A stretch of DNA of 64,000 bases, from the NCBI RefSeq assembly GCF_011745625.1, contig NW_027191488.1, positions 124,001-188,000 on the forward strand, written 5' to 3'. Made by a program: the position numbers and the translations under genes. Each line of letters opens with the position of its first letter. Within the stretch, counting starts at the first letter, position 1. The notes below the pieces were generated by a model, which saw nothing but the letters and a program-made list of their open reading frames with translations, ran no database searches and was not told the DNA's origin. This DNA is from Cladosporium halotolerans. Lineage: Eukaryota. Shown here piece by piece: positions 12,596-25,350 of this stretch.

Positions 12596-13043
12596 CTTCT
12601 GCTGTCGGTGGGTTGATTAAAATAAGATGTTGCCCTGCAAAGTCTTATATACTCGGACATAAACAATCATCATAGCGACTGGGGTCCACGAGGGTCCAGA
12701 AAGTCCAGAGCGCGGATACGCCAACCCCACCTTTGCTCTCCACCGAGGTCATCGATGAACAACGATTGACGCTTGGTAGGTAGCTTCGAGCTGCGGAACC
12801 ATTGTGCAGCCCGCATTGGCAGGCTTTCGCTTGCTCACGTGTCAACCATCACAGGTTTGCGCCATGCTCCGCTTTCCGCATTCGCCAGTGGGGCAGTTGA
12901 AAGCTGCCCAGGCCCAAAGCTGCACTTGTAAGCACCAAGACGCATCAACCTCCGTGGCTAGCTGTTGTCAATATCCAAAGTGAAATGTTCTTCATCGTTA
13001 AGTCATCGAATGCGATGACACGATAGAAGGGATGGCGTATCAC

Positions 13044-14690
13044 TCAGCCGCCAGAAATGCCCGTATCCGGAGGCGGCACCGTAACCAGAGGCATCAGACT
13101 CCACGGCAGCAAAGCATCCCACTGCAAGTATGGTGCCTCGTCGCACACCTTTCCTTGCATCTCAGCGCACCAGCGCAGGCCAGAGTAATCTCTCGCCGAG
13201 TTGTACCATCGTTTCAAGAAATACAGTGGCGCACGCAGAGCCAACGCCCTACATACCGGTGTCTCGGCGGCTTCCGCCAGACGCATAGTGGTGTCGCGCA
13301 GCTCTTTGGCGCATGTTAGGAGCTTGATGTTCAACTCCCGCTGATACTGGGGGCTGTTGGACCGCGATAAACGTGTTACGCGAGACAAGCTTGCGTAGGT
13401 AAGGAGGAGGCAGATACGACTGAGTGAGTCGCAAGTTAGGTCGAAGAGTTTGGCTGGCTTGATGCGTCGAGGGACTTCCGGTGTGAGCTTATCATTTGTG
13501 TCTAGAGCATCTGGCGAGCTATCGTGCTCTTGCTCGATCCGCGGATCTCCCTTGCTAAAAGCTTCGAGCCAGTTATTCAATGTTTTAGCAAGGCAATCGA
13601 GCTCTCGTGCGAGCTGGACGGTGGAAGCAGGTCGCCTGATGCTTGATTTCATAGCCTTTTCGGCAGACAGTAGGATAGGTACGTGGAAGGCAAGACCGAG
13701 TAAGCAGTCCAATGCGCTTGATTGTGAGGGAACAGCTGGAGCGGCGTATTTTTCAGGGAATGGAGTGGCGCTGCACAAAGAGTGCATGAGCTAAGCCGCT
13801 TAGCTAAAGTGTCGATATTCTAATTATCAGTTGTCCTCACCTGAGCTGTTCGAAAGCGCGCAATGAGGAATTTCTCCAATCTGGACGGCGGCTGCGCATG
13901 CTTGTCTTTCAAAACAAGAGCGGACATGCCGACTACGTGGACTTGCCAGATCCGACGTTCGGTTCCTTCTGTTATGGCAGAGTACATCTGTAGGGATGCA
14001 ATTACATCGTCAGCTTCGGCGGCAAAGACATGGCAGAATCTATAGGCGTGGCCGGCTAAAGTCTTCTGCAAGTATATCTGCAAGTCAAACGAAACGAGCG
14101 GAACATTACCTCGCTCATGGAAATGCCCATGGATATTATCATGAGACCGATCGCCGCCATTTCGGGATGCTCCATATTCAAATTCAACCGCAAACAGTTC
14201 ATCGCGACACCGAACCTTCTTCTGCCTTCGTCCAAGACGCGGTCGCTTCGCTCTGTGGATCCAAGGTGCAGGAGTTTGATTGTATCTAGAATAGCATTCA
14301 CAGGTGCGGAGCCTCGGGGGTAGAATCCTCGGACAGTCTGGGTCGTCAGACTCGAGAAGCCAAAGCCGATAGGAAACCAGCCGTCGCGCAACCTCTGCGT
14401 GATCGCGAGTTGATTAACTGCGGGACTGAGGATTTCTGGTGGCGGTCGTGGCGGTGACATCGCCTCCAAAGGAACCGTTCTCCGGGCTCGCGCTGCACAC
14501 ACAATGTGTTATCGCCTGCTGGGTTTGGCAGAGCGCAAAGGAAGCCGCAACCCGACTAACCTGCATTTGCATTTGCTTGCTTTTCCCTTTCTTTTCGCCG
14601 GAAGTCCTTCATGACCTGGACGCGGATCCTATGGCGCGTGCCGGCGGGAACACTGGTCATGCTGCTCGGGTCGACGGTGATGAACTCCAT
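13044..14690 (-). CDS. Fungal-specific transcription-factor-like protein without a visible Zn2Cys6 cluster, three introns
   Basis: N-terminal MEFITVDP..RHRIRVQVMKDFRRKER basic motif; intron 14493-14560 and two more join ORFs 14056, 13820 and 13044; start may be 14699. Confidence 0.6.
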
Positions 14691-15459
14691 CCGAGCCATG
14701 ATGGGCACGGTGGCGGGTTGCTGTTGGGAGGTTTGCGTGCGTATCATTTCACACGTCCAGCGGCGGGCTCGGATTGCTAAGCTTGGTGAGAAGCGCCGTC
14801 TACCAGCACCAGGCTGCTCGTGCCACGCAAAGGGGCGCTGCGACAGGAGGCTCAAGGCAGCCAGCAGGTGTGAAAATATTGGCCTCGTGGATCTGACATG
14901 CAGGAAAGAGGCGGGTGGTGTGTGGCACGGTGAAGGATCGAAACTTTGTATTGGGTTTGGGGACGACGGTCGCGAAAGGCGAGCTAGCTCCGTCGGAGCC
15001 AGTACGAGGCTACCTACCTACATGTGTCTAAAAGAGTCGATGCATGCAAGCGAGAAGAGCTGGCGAGAGTCTGCCGACAGATTGCCGCGAGGTGCTGCAT
15101 TGGGCATGGGCGCCGTCTGATGTTGTTGTCGTGCAGCCACTCGGGACATTTGACCGCGCGATATGATGCATCAGAGATCGACACAGTTGGTTCGATTGCA
15201 TCTCGCTTGGCAATTCATACTTGGCTGCGTTGTGCAGCGTTTGAGTCAGCACGGCGAGTCTTGAAGTCTTGCCGGTTCGTGGTGGGAGCGAAGCCTGTGC
15301 GACTGGCTCATGGGTGAGCTGCGCCTTTGTTTTGGCTTTGGCGGGGCTCACGCGTAGCTCGTGGAGATCATCCAACGATCAACAACACTTCCACTTCCTC
15401 CAACTTCACTCCCACGACCTCCTCGAAGACCAATCTACTGCGCCAAGATCCACAAAAAC

Positions 15460-16195
15460 ATGGCCACCCCATCCCACACCCGCAAACCCTCCACCTCGCG
15501 CCCAACAACGCCCCTCCGCCCACCCTCGCGCACCTCCCTCCGCGCCTCGCAGACAACCCCCTCCAACCCGCTCTCAGCCTCCTCCGCCTCCGACTTCCCC
15601 CTCGCAGCCCTCGAGCCCGCCTTCGCCGAGCTCAGCGACAGCATGGCCGACCTCGAAGCCAACTTCATGCACCTGCAGCTCCTGAACGAAAGCCTCGGCC
15701 GCTTCAACGAGTGCTTCGGCGGCTTCCTGTACGGGCTCAACATGAGCGCGTTCTGCGTCGATTTCCCGGAGGTAAATCTTTCTTTCTCCCCCCCAAAACT
15801 CCCCGTCAAGCTAACCTAATGATCCAACGCAGGCTCCCACACCTCAATCTTTCGCCCGCGCCAAATCTTTCTCCGCCACAACCCCCAACGCCAGGTCCGG
15901 CGGCATCCCGACGCAGACCGCCCCGCCCGACGTCGACGCGACTTTCCTCACGACCGACACCTCCTTCGTCGAGCACCCGCCCACGACTTCCAAGCCGCCG
16001 AGCAGGTACAGCAGCGTGCCGTCCGCGCGGGCGCCGGCCCGCGGGAGTAGTACGAGGGGGAGTGTCAGGGGCGCGAGTGCGAGGGGGAGTGGGATTGCGA
16101 GGGGTGGGAGTACGGCGACGAGGGGCGGGAGTGCGGCGGGGAGGGGGAGTGTGAGGGGGAGCAGTACGGCGAGAGGGAGGGGTTCGGTGCGGTGA
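15460..16195 (+). CDS. DAM1: DASH/Dam1 kinetochore complex subunit Dam1
   Basis: FAELSDSMADLEANFMHLQLLNESLGRFNECFGGFLYGLNMSAFCVDFPEAP core; intron 15772-15832; RG/RGS-rich tail ending TGA 16193-16195. Confidence 0.9.
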
Positions 16196-16896
16196 GGAGG
16201 CGGGAAAGGGTTCTGGCTAGGTTGAGGAAAATCAATGCAGGGATGCGAAGGTGGGCTGGGAGAAGCTCAAGCGCATGCCGCGGACATTGTCGAGCGCTCC
16301 CACTCTCTGCTCTGCAGCGTGGCGCGAGCAGCCGGAGCCCGGGGTCCGAGCGCGTGGAGTGCTCACTGGGGATCTGGACTTGGTTCGGGCTGGAAGAGCG
16401 CTGCGAGAAATCGATTGATCGCAGTTTCTGCGCGATCGCCGCGTAGAAGAGGGCGTTCTCGAACGGCGTGCTGGTCTTTCGATGCGCGACGAGCGACGCG
16501 CCGAGGATCGCAGAAGAGCTTATGACAAGATGTGCAGCCGATCCTGACGGGCCAGAGAACAGGGATGGAAAGGTGTTGTAAAAAGGACATTAGGACGACG
16601 ACCGCTGAGGTTCTACATATCTAACACTACCCGCGACTCGCAAACAGCATAAACATCGGGCGGTGAAACTCAAATTCAATGAAAAGCGCGATGATAAAAG
16701 ACTCGAAGAAATCACCCCTAAGCTCGCCCTTCCGTATCGATCCTTCCCATGTCCCACCCAGCCCGTCCGTTTCCATTCCAAAGCCCAATAGGGGTATCTT
16801 CCCAATCCCAGTCCCAGTCCCATTTCCCATCCCATCCCCGCCCAAACCCCCTTCCCCAATCATAACCCTCACCTCCGGCCTTCGGCAAAGAAACCC

Positions 16897-19771
16897 TCAA
16901 CCCCTCTTCGGAAAGCTTCCCGGAACGTGCAATTGCCCCACACTCATGTCGGTATCGTGGCGGACGACTCTGGGGAAAATCTGGCCCGTCTCGTGCGCGC
17001 CGCGGGCTTCCAAGCCGCCTAGGCCGCCGTTGCTCGCGCTGGCGTTCGCGACGGGAGCGGCTGCGGCGGACGAAGAGCCCGCGACACCGTTGCCTGCGGT
17101 GCTGGGGTAGGAGAGATAGGTCGAGCCTTCGGTCGTGGGGGCGATGGTGCTGGGCGCGGCGGGCATGGGGTCGGCGAGGGAGCGGTCGCCTGCGGCGCCG
17201 GGTTCGGGTGCTGTGGTGGCGCTAGGGTACTGGGTCGGCTCGGGCTCGGACTGGTTGTTGTAGTGGCTGTAGGCTGCGGTGCCTGCGGCGCCGGCTCCGG
17301 CGCCGAGGGCGGCGGGCGCCATCCAGTCTCCGTAGGAGCTTTGGCCACGCTCGTGAGATGGGTAGCTGGCGGGGTCCTGCGCGGCATAGGTTTGGGCGGG
17401 CTGGATGGGGGCCTGCTGTTGGTATTGCTGGAGGGGCTCGGGCTGCTGGTAGGTGGAAGCGGGCTGCTGGTAGGTTTGAGCTGGCTGCTGGTAGGTGGAA
17501 GCCGGCTGCTGGCCAGGGAGGTAGTAGCTCTGATCCGGGACAGGACTTTGATCGACTACGTATGTCTCGCGAGCCGGCGGGCCGGACATGTAGCGCTCCT
17601 GATCTTCATCGTAAGACTTCGCGGGAGCTACTACGGTAGCAGGGGCGGGTGTGGCAGCAGGACTGTGAGAGGCGATGCCGCGAAGCCTGTAAGGGTCCTC
17701 ATCGCTGCGGCCGTAGTCGGCATGGCTTGGGCCAGCGGTGTGCGATCCAGGCAGAGCAGCGGCGGCAACAGTGGTGTCGCGTCCCGAGCTATCGCTCGAG
17801 GGGCTCAATGGAGCATCATTGCTGCGCGGGAGGTTTATGTCAGACGGGAATCGTCCGCCTGGGGATCTCGGTCAGCTCGCTGTCGCTCGTGACGTGTGTT
17901 GGAGTCGCAAGAAAGGGGCAGCACTCACTCACCTGGCTGCGGCCGCTGGGGTTTCGCCTCGACTGGGTTTTGCTCCGAAAGGCTCGCCGCGTCGGCCGAG
18001 TACGGCACCTGATCCGCCTCGTCTTCCTCGAGCCCGTCGCTACTCATGCTGCGGGGACGTTCGCTGTTGCCGCTGACGCTCCTGGCATGACTGCGGACGA
18101 AAGCAGTGCGCTCTTCTCCCGTCTTCTCGGTGAGCGCCTTGATGTCCTGGTACCACGCAAGCATGGTCTCGTGACTTTCAGCGCGGAAGACCCAGCTGTG
18201 GCCCTTGTGCATGCCGCCGGCCTGGCGGCCTTTGAGCATGAACTTGGCGCTCGAAGAACCAGGCTCTGAGTGCGTACCGAGCTTCTGGTCCGCGAGGTAG
18301 AGGGACATGACCGGCGGCTGAGTGTAAATCTTGTCCGCAGATTTGAACTCGTGCAAGTGGGTGGGTGACAGGACATACCACCCAGGGCTGTAGGACTTGA
18401 GGTACTTGCTCTTGCGCTCCAGCATGCCACCGCGGATCTCAGACGCAGCCGGGTGGTTTCGGCCGGGGTAGTCAATGTCTTCGATGCGACGCAGGGGAAC
18501 GTCAGGCGCGACAAAGTGCGGGTCACTGTTGACGAAAGCAGACCACTCCTGGTCCTTAGGCATGGAAATCGGGCCACTGCGGAGGCCTTCGACAGCCTTG
18601 TAGGCATCGTCTCCCTCGCGCTTGAGGATCCCGGCCAGAGCGTTGTAAGCCTTCTGAATCTCACCAACAACGATGGACTCGAGCTCACGGCCGGAGGCTT
18701 CGAGGTTGAGGTAGGCCTAGCCTTGTCAGTGATTGATCCTGCAGTCAAACTGAGACTTTGCAGACTCACCCTGTGCAGATAGTTCTCCTCGTCAATCTGC
18801 TTCTCAACCATGCGGTCGACGCCGAGTCTGACAACATACGGGTCATTCTTAGCGGAGACGCCGTCCTCGTGGTCAGCGTGCTGCAGCGCATCCTGCAACT
18901 TCTCCACCTCCCTCCTGGTCGCCTCCTTCTCCTTGTCGACGGAGTTCTTAAAGTCGCCGCTCAAGCTCTTGATCTCCTTGATCTTCTGGTTCAAGTCGCT
19001 GCGCAGGCCGGAGAGGCCCGCGATCACGTCGTTCTCGATCTCGCGCGACTTGTTCGCCTCGGCGACCGAGTGCCTATGGAAGTCCTCCAGGATGCGCGTC
19101 GCGTCGCCGAGGCCGTTGTGCGAGACGAAGACGGCCGGCTGCGCGATGCCGCCCATGGCGTGCTGGACCTTGCCAATGGCTTTGGCGCGCGCGTCGTAAG
19201 AGTTCTGGATCTCGCGGAAGTAGGCGATCAGAGACTTCAGGAGCTGGCGCCAGGACTGGAAGCGGTTGGCGAGAATGTCGGTCGGCGAGCCCTGGGTAGG
19301 GATGGGAGTGTGGAAGGCGCTGTTGAAGTCCTCGGTCTCGGTGCCGCCGCCCACACTCCTGCCGCCGACGCTCTTGATGCTGCCCGCTGCCAGGCTCTTG
19401 CGGCTGCTGCTGCGCTTGAGGCTGCCGGTGCGACGCATGCTCACTTTCTTCTTGAGAGTGTTGTTCCTCGAAGGTGTGCCTTGGTTGGCTTGACCATGTC
19501 CGACAGCAGTGGAGGCAGTGGAGGCGGAGCGGTTCATGCCCGCGCCTTGGTGACCGTCGACGACGGAGGAGACGGGACGGTTGGGTGCGTCGAAGTCCTC
19601 GTGGAACTGGCCGCCGAAGCCCTGTTCGCCCATTGACTGGCCGAGCGGCGAGGTCATGGTCGCAGACGGGTTTCCTTGCGCAAAGTCGTTGACGCCGCTG
19701 TTCGCATTGCCGTAGCCATAGCTCAGGTGGGAGTCATTGGGCGCCGGGACTTGGCCGTAGGATTGAGACAT
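16897..19771 (-). CDS. SLM1: Slm1-like BAR/PH-domain eisosome/TORC2 effector, two introns
   Basis: PTDILANRFQSWRQLLKSL coiled-coil region, PH domain GMLERKSKYLKSY...WVFRAES; introns 18717-18769 and about 17859-17931. Confidence 0.8.
17441..17512 (-). repeat. 21-bp coding tandem repeat (QQPASTY/QQPAQTY x3) in the Slm1-like tail
   Basis: GGCTGCTGGTAGGT(GGA/TTG)AGCN repeated three times plus a partial copy. Confidence 0.85.
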
Positions 19772-21442
19772 GGTGTTGCCAGCCCGACACACGGCGTAGA
19801 GCGCGCGGAATGTGCTCGTGCGTGTCGGAGGACGGCTGTAGCTGCTGGCTGCCGCGCGTGTCTCTATGTCGTGGTGCTCGCAAGGGACGAAGAAGGGTCG
19901 GCGGTGTATCTCGCTTGTCACTTGAATAGCAAAGCTCGTCTCGGAGCATAGAAGAGGGGAAGGTGCGGGTGCAGGCGGAAAGGTCGCTTGGGACGGGCTG
20001 TGGTGGAGGTCGGGCGAAGGTAATACAACTCTAAAGCGCGAGACAGAGTGACGTCGGCGGGCGCGGCGCGAAGTGAATTGGGAGGAGCAGCGGCTGGCAG
20101 CGACTGTCAGGCCCGGCCAGGGTTCGATCGGCGGGCGACGAGGCTCCGTCGGCGCCGAGGGCACGAATGATGGACTGCACCGCTGCGAGCGCGCGCCCAA
20201 GCGACTTACACAGGCCGCGGTGCGCTCGCAGCACAGCGTGCACCGCGGTCCTGGTGCCGCTGTTGCTTCTGCGCCGCCAGCCGCCCGCAGCGATAGCTTC
20301 GAGCCAAGCAGACGAGCTATGTCATCACGCCTGCTGAACCGCATCGCCCTACGATCCATATCAAATCGCGTGATAACTATCGCGCTTATCGCCTCGGAGC
20401 GCATATCATGCGTCTGCACATCACCACCTCAGCCCTTCTGAGACCAAGGCATATCGACCTGGATGGCACGGCAAGGTGGACATGACGATCAGCCCCGATC
20501 CGCCAACTCCACTGCGCTCCGGCGGCACATCACATCCACACGCGCCAGCAAGCGATGCCTGTCGCACATCCCCATCCGCGCGATTTGCGCAAAGGTCGCG
20601 TAGAGTGGCTCTGCATGCGTGCTCCTCCTGACACTGTGCGTGCGCGAGCAAAGTCGCTCAGCCACCCGCCGCATCAGCCACGGCCACTAGATGGTGCGGT
20701 ATTCCAAATGGCAAGCTACCTGGGTATCATCAACCACCAGGACAGAAGTCTGTGACGAGCTCATCATCAAGCTCGCAGTCAGTTCCGCAGCACGTGGGAG
20801 CTGCAAGCCACACTCTGATTGTTGTCCCCCTCCGCGGACGTCGGATCGCAGACGAACGACTGCACGCCAGAGCACCGGGCAACCGGCCAGCCACCAAAGT
20901 CTTCAGGTTCAGGCTGCCAGCCAAAGCGGCGTGGCCCCAGCGTCAGGAGATGGGAGGCCTGGAACTCCACCGCTACTGCTGCTCATGAATCGCAGTTTTG
21001 ACGCCTGAATTCTGGGAGCACGACACCGCGCACAGGCTGGCTGGTATTCCTTGCGTTGGAGCTCGTTGTCGCAGATTGCAAGCGCGAGCTGATCGCGTGA
21101 GGCGGTGCAGGCGTTGTGGCTTGGCGGTGCCTGGTACGAGTGTGTTAATATCAGGGAGGTCACGATAATTCTTGACAGACAGGCGGACGTGCCACGCTTG
21201 ACGCACGTAAGCTGGAAGAGTGCCTTGTTCGATGTCTGGATGTTTCTTGATATAATGCGTGTTGTCCCTGCCACGCCTGTGCATTGTTTCTGCTGTGCTA
21301 TGTGCTGTGATCCTATGTACTGTTCTCTGATCCTGTTGTATGTCGTTTGTTCCTGGTCAACGTTCCACTCCAGGGCCTGACACCGAGCCTCTGTCCTGTT
21401 GCACCTCATTTAGATTCATGCCCAACCCTAAGCCTTCGATCT

Positions 21443-23158
21443 TCACTCCGTATTATCTGGGCATTTGGACTCCGCACGAACCCACCCCGTCAACCGGTTC
21501 GCAATATCGCTCACGTAGCAGGCCGTCGCGCCTGCCTTTTCCGATAAGTCACCGCTGTTCGGCACGTAGCCACTGCGAAGCAAGTCAGCCATATTCCATC
21601 CGAAACCAAGTTTGAAAACACTGATCACTCACCTATTGTAACCCCGCATCGCTTTATACGGATTCCCATACGTATTCAAATTATCCACCAGCCCCCAGCC
21701 GTGCTCCGTCCCCTGCGTGCCGTCCTGAATCATGAGCAGGATCGACAGCCGGCTGTGCTTGGGGTCGTACTCGTGCCCGTTGTGCGACTGCATGAGGCCC
21801 GGGTTGCGCGTGCCGCCGGACGACGTCGTGTGCGCGACCCGCGGGCACCCGTTCGTCTCCTGGATCACCGTCGCGAGGATGATGCGCTGGTCGACCAGGG
21901 ATGCGTTCGCGCGGTCCTGGATCGCCGCGTGCATGTCCGCGATCATCGCGGGCGTGTTGTCGGCGCCGCGGTCGAGCCAGCCACAGGAGTACTTGAAGGT
22001 GTCGAGGTTGGCTGTCCACATGTCGTCGAAGGAGACCCAGCGCGAGGCGGGAGGGAAGTTTGACGCGTTGCCTTGGTAGTAGGTGTAGCTGTCGGTGCCG
22101 GCGCCGATGCCGACGCTGGTGTCGTTGACGCTTTTGCGGGTTGCGCCACCGGATTCGAAGGCGGCGGTGTTGTTGACTTGCGCGGTCGAGGGCGTGTATT
22201 TGAATCCTGACTTGCGGGAGACGGTGGCGGCGACAGCGATGATGATGATCAGGACGATGACCGAGAGGGGGATTCCGCCGAATACTACGCACTTGCGCCG
22301 GCGACTCCAGAAGCTGCAGCAGCAGCGCCTGTCGTAGTCGTCGCGGTTTTCTTCCATCCTGCCATACTTGAAATACTCGGCTTCGTCGAACGTCGATGCG
22401 GTTCTGGCACGACTGTGCCTTGGGTATCGTCGGTCGTCGCGTCCGCGTGATCGATGCTTGCGAGGCGATCGAGAAGTGTGTCGGTCATGCTCCCTCAGCG
22501 AGACGGATGAGACGCTGTGGAGCGAGCTTTTCTCAGAAGGTGACGATGGTGCAATGAGCGGCGACGCATGCTTGGTAGGCTCCCTTCCGCGTGTCTCAGG
22601 GATCGGTAGCTGCTCGTCGGATTCGTTGATGTTCCAACTGACGCGCTTCTCGTCCACTGGCGATGGTGCTTCCTGCACTGAGCTGGCTGGGACTTCAGAC
22701 TTCAGATATGGAGTCTGTGATCTGGGCAAAGTCTCCGGTGAAGGCTCTCGGGGTACCGAACGAGGACGTCTCGGTCTCATCCATTCATCGGTCACAGCGC
22801 GTCGACCTTCCATGGCTCGCCGGCGTTCAATCTTGAAGCGCTTGTAACATTTAGCACAGAGGTTGAGCCCTTTGGGGCCTGGGCAAAGACGTTCGTCGGG
22901 AGAGATGTCTGGTTCATTGCAGAATCTGTTGTCGCATGTCGCACCGTTGTGAGGGATTGATCGTTTGATCGCACGAGGACCGGTCCATCGTTCGCTGCGT
23001 CGGCGCTCCTGGGGCGGGCGAGCTGATGCAACAGGCTCAGGTCTCGCTGGTTGCGAAGAGCCGTACAACGAAGCCAATGGAGCAGATGGAGATGCAGAGT
23101 GGTAGGTCCACGGCCGACGATAATCGTATTGTGGATAATCTGGATACTGTCTATCCAT
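21443..23158 (-). CDS. Type II membrane protein: N-terminal GATA-like Zn finger, TM helix, C-terminal SLT/lysozyme-like domain
   Basis: ATG 23158; C-x4-C-x20-C-x2-C with GPKG-x-x-LC; TM VVFGGIPLSVIVLIIIIAVAATV; IQETNG, NPGLMQ and YNSG motifs; intron GTGAGT near 21632 to CAG near 21573; last exon ends CYVSDIANRLTGW..TE*. Confidence 0.8.
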
Positions 23159-24942
23159 TGCGAAACATGGAGTGAGCGTGCGATGACCTAGCAAGGGACG
23201 TCGTCTGGAACGTCCGAACAATGACTGAGAAATCCAAAGGTGGGTGCGCGCGCACGGGTATACTGTTTATCATTGTCTCGGGTCAACGCTTGTGGCGTGG
23301 GTTTATCGCATGGCAGGGACTTGATGGAGAGGCTGGGGAAGCGTGGGAAAGCGCATTTGGTGGCGGGGACGGCGGAACGGGTGGGCCCGCGTTGGCTCAG
23401 CGGCATCCGAAACGCTAGCGTGGTGCGCGAAAACACCGTACCTGCCTACCAAGCGTCTCCATGCGATGACCTATACAAGTCGTATCTTTGCACAACCTTG
23501 ACTTCTTCTGTTCTACCGCATCGGTCTCAGATCCAGGACGTATTTTCAAGCTAGCGTGAGCTTTCCTATAGAGCCCAGCTGAGCGTTCCCGAACTGTTGC
23601 TGGTGAAATCGAGCACGTTTCCAAGGCGGCGCATCAGATTTCGGTCGTGCAGATGCAGTTTTTTTAAATCTAGACTCCTCTTTCCGAAAATAGTCCCAAG
23701 ATGCTCGCAGACGTAGCTGGCAATATGTCTTGCGACTCCGGCCGGCCCAAGATATCGTCGAATGACCTCTTAGGCTCTCATTTCGCCTCGAAACGCTTGT
23801 CGTCTCTCCCTCCCCTCCTTTATCCAGAGCCTGCCTGAAAGCCAACGATAGGCAGCAGACCTTGGAGGATACTGGATGTCCTCATGGTGGAGCAAGCATG
23901 GATCAATGACATGTCGTCACCCAAGCCGAACGTATGGAGCAGCCGGACGAAGCCTGACTTGAGCAATTCCTGTCGTCAACCGCAGTCCTTCCGCGCAAGC
24001 TTCTCTCTCAGCAATTATTGCAATCAGGAATCCATACACAATCCGAGATATTTTTCTTTGAGTAAGAGGGGCAAGTTATTCTATCCCAAGCTCTTGCTTG
24101 AGATACTGGAGCCCGCCACTCACACTCGCTTCCCGTGCTATCTGAACAAACATCGGCGGGCTCCGGGAGCATGGAGGCTTGCATTCGAAATTCTCGCTAT
24201 ATGGGCCTTGCCGAGGACAGTGATTGTGAATGATGAGCCGGGACCCGTGGAAGGCAAGGCTGTGTTACGATGCAGCACAGTCTGCCGTTGCATGTGGATC
24301 TTACCGGGAGCCGAAAAGCAGCATGCAAGTCAAGGGCCTGGCGCAGGTCTTGCATGCTTGTTCTGGTACTTCTTTTCTTTAATTCGCATCAAGGAAATCA
24401 CGCGTTTGTCCATCCAAGCGACCTGGGCTTGCTGCCCAGATCATTGGCCTTCAAGTTTTTTTGTTGTTCTGTCAATAATATCTCCCTTGACACGACTGGT
24501 AAGCCCTGGCGTATTCGCCGCAGTCGCGCTGGGGTGTTCCTCCCAGAGGCACGGATGCCGTTCTGGATCTCTCGCCTGGCTCGTCAGTAGTACGATTCTG
24601 CAACTCATTTGGCGATGCCAACCTCATTGGAACCCAAGCACGGTGGAGCCATCTTGGCCGGAAACAATAAGCATTCGATATTGCAAGTCTTGGCAGGGTA
24701 GTTTGAAGCTATCTCGGGACATGAGGCAGACTCACAAGATCTTTGTTCCTTCAACCGCCGCACATAAGCAGATGGATTTCTTAAGTTCATACAGCAGCAA
24801 ATTGCGCTTTGGCTATCTCTAACACCAAGGGAATCATGTGTCCCGAGCATACCTTCATAACGCCAAGGAAACGAAATCCGAGATCGGAACCAACACCAAG
24901 CCGCCAAGGTCGCTTGCAGACAGGCACGCAGGCTGAAGAATT

Positions 24943-25014
24943 TTATCAGATCCCCGCCCTTGACCGATGGAAGGCATGATTGGATCTAATCGATCAGTAG
25001 CCGACATCTGATAA
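24943..25014. promoter_or_regulatory. Two SreA/Sre1-type iron-repression GATA sites (ATCWGATAA) in opposite orientation
   Basis: TTATCAGAT at 24943-24951 and ATCTGATAA at 25006-25014, about 340-400 bp upstream of the siderophore transporter ATG. Confidence 0.8.
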
Positions 25015-25350
25015 GGGTGAGCCCTCTTTGCCAATCCTCTGTGCATCCCAGACAAACCCCAACGCGTCGGTTTGCCCTGCTAGCCTCGTCCAGTGAGACG
25101 GTTCGCTACTGTACTAGACAGCACAATGTCCAAGAGGAGCGAGGCCGCGGACTAGATGCATTTCCACATGCCACTAGTGGTCTTGTCGCCTGGATGCGGT
25201 GTTGATCACCGAAGGGTGGGATGCTCCATGGGTGAGTATATAGCCCGAAGACACCCGTCGATCATACAGTAGGTACATCTTATCTTTGATCAGTAAGGCT
25301 TCTTGATCTCTTGTCCTCGTGGCTGCATTTCACGGCTTCCCTTCGCCAAG

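Noticed and set aside
16795..16860. TCCCA-type short repeats
   Set aside because: Simple low-complexity 3' UTR sequence; not a CRISPR-like or mobile repeat
19772..20419. 216-codon open extension upstream of the Slm1-like ATG
   Set aside because: Low-complexity R/S/P/A translation of a GC-rich leader; ATG 19771 has good context
21421..21432. AACCCTAA as a telomerase RNA template or telomeric seed
   Set aside because: Single short match next to a stop codon with no supporting structure
23884..24822. 312 aa ATG-initiated ORF
   Set aside because: No recognisable motif or codon bias, C/W/S-rich random-like composition, and it lies in the transporter's upstream region; cannot be fully excluded
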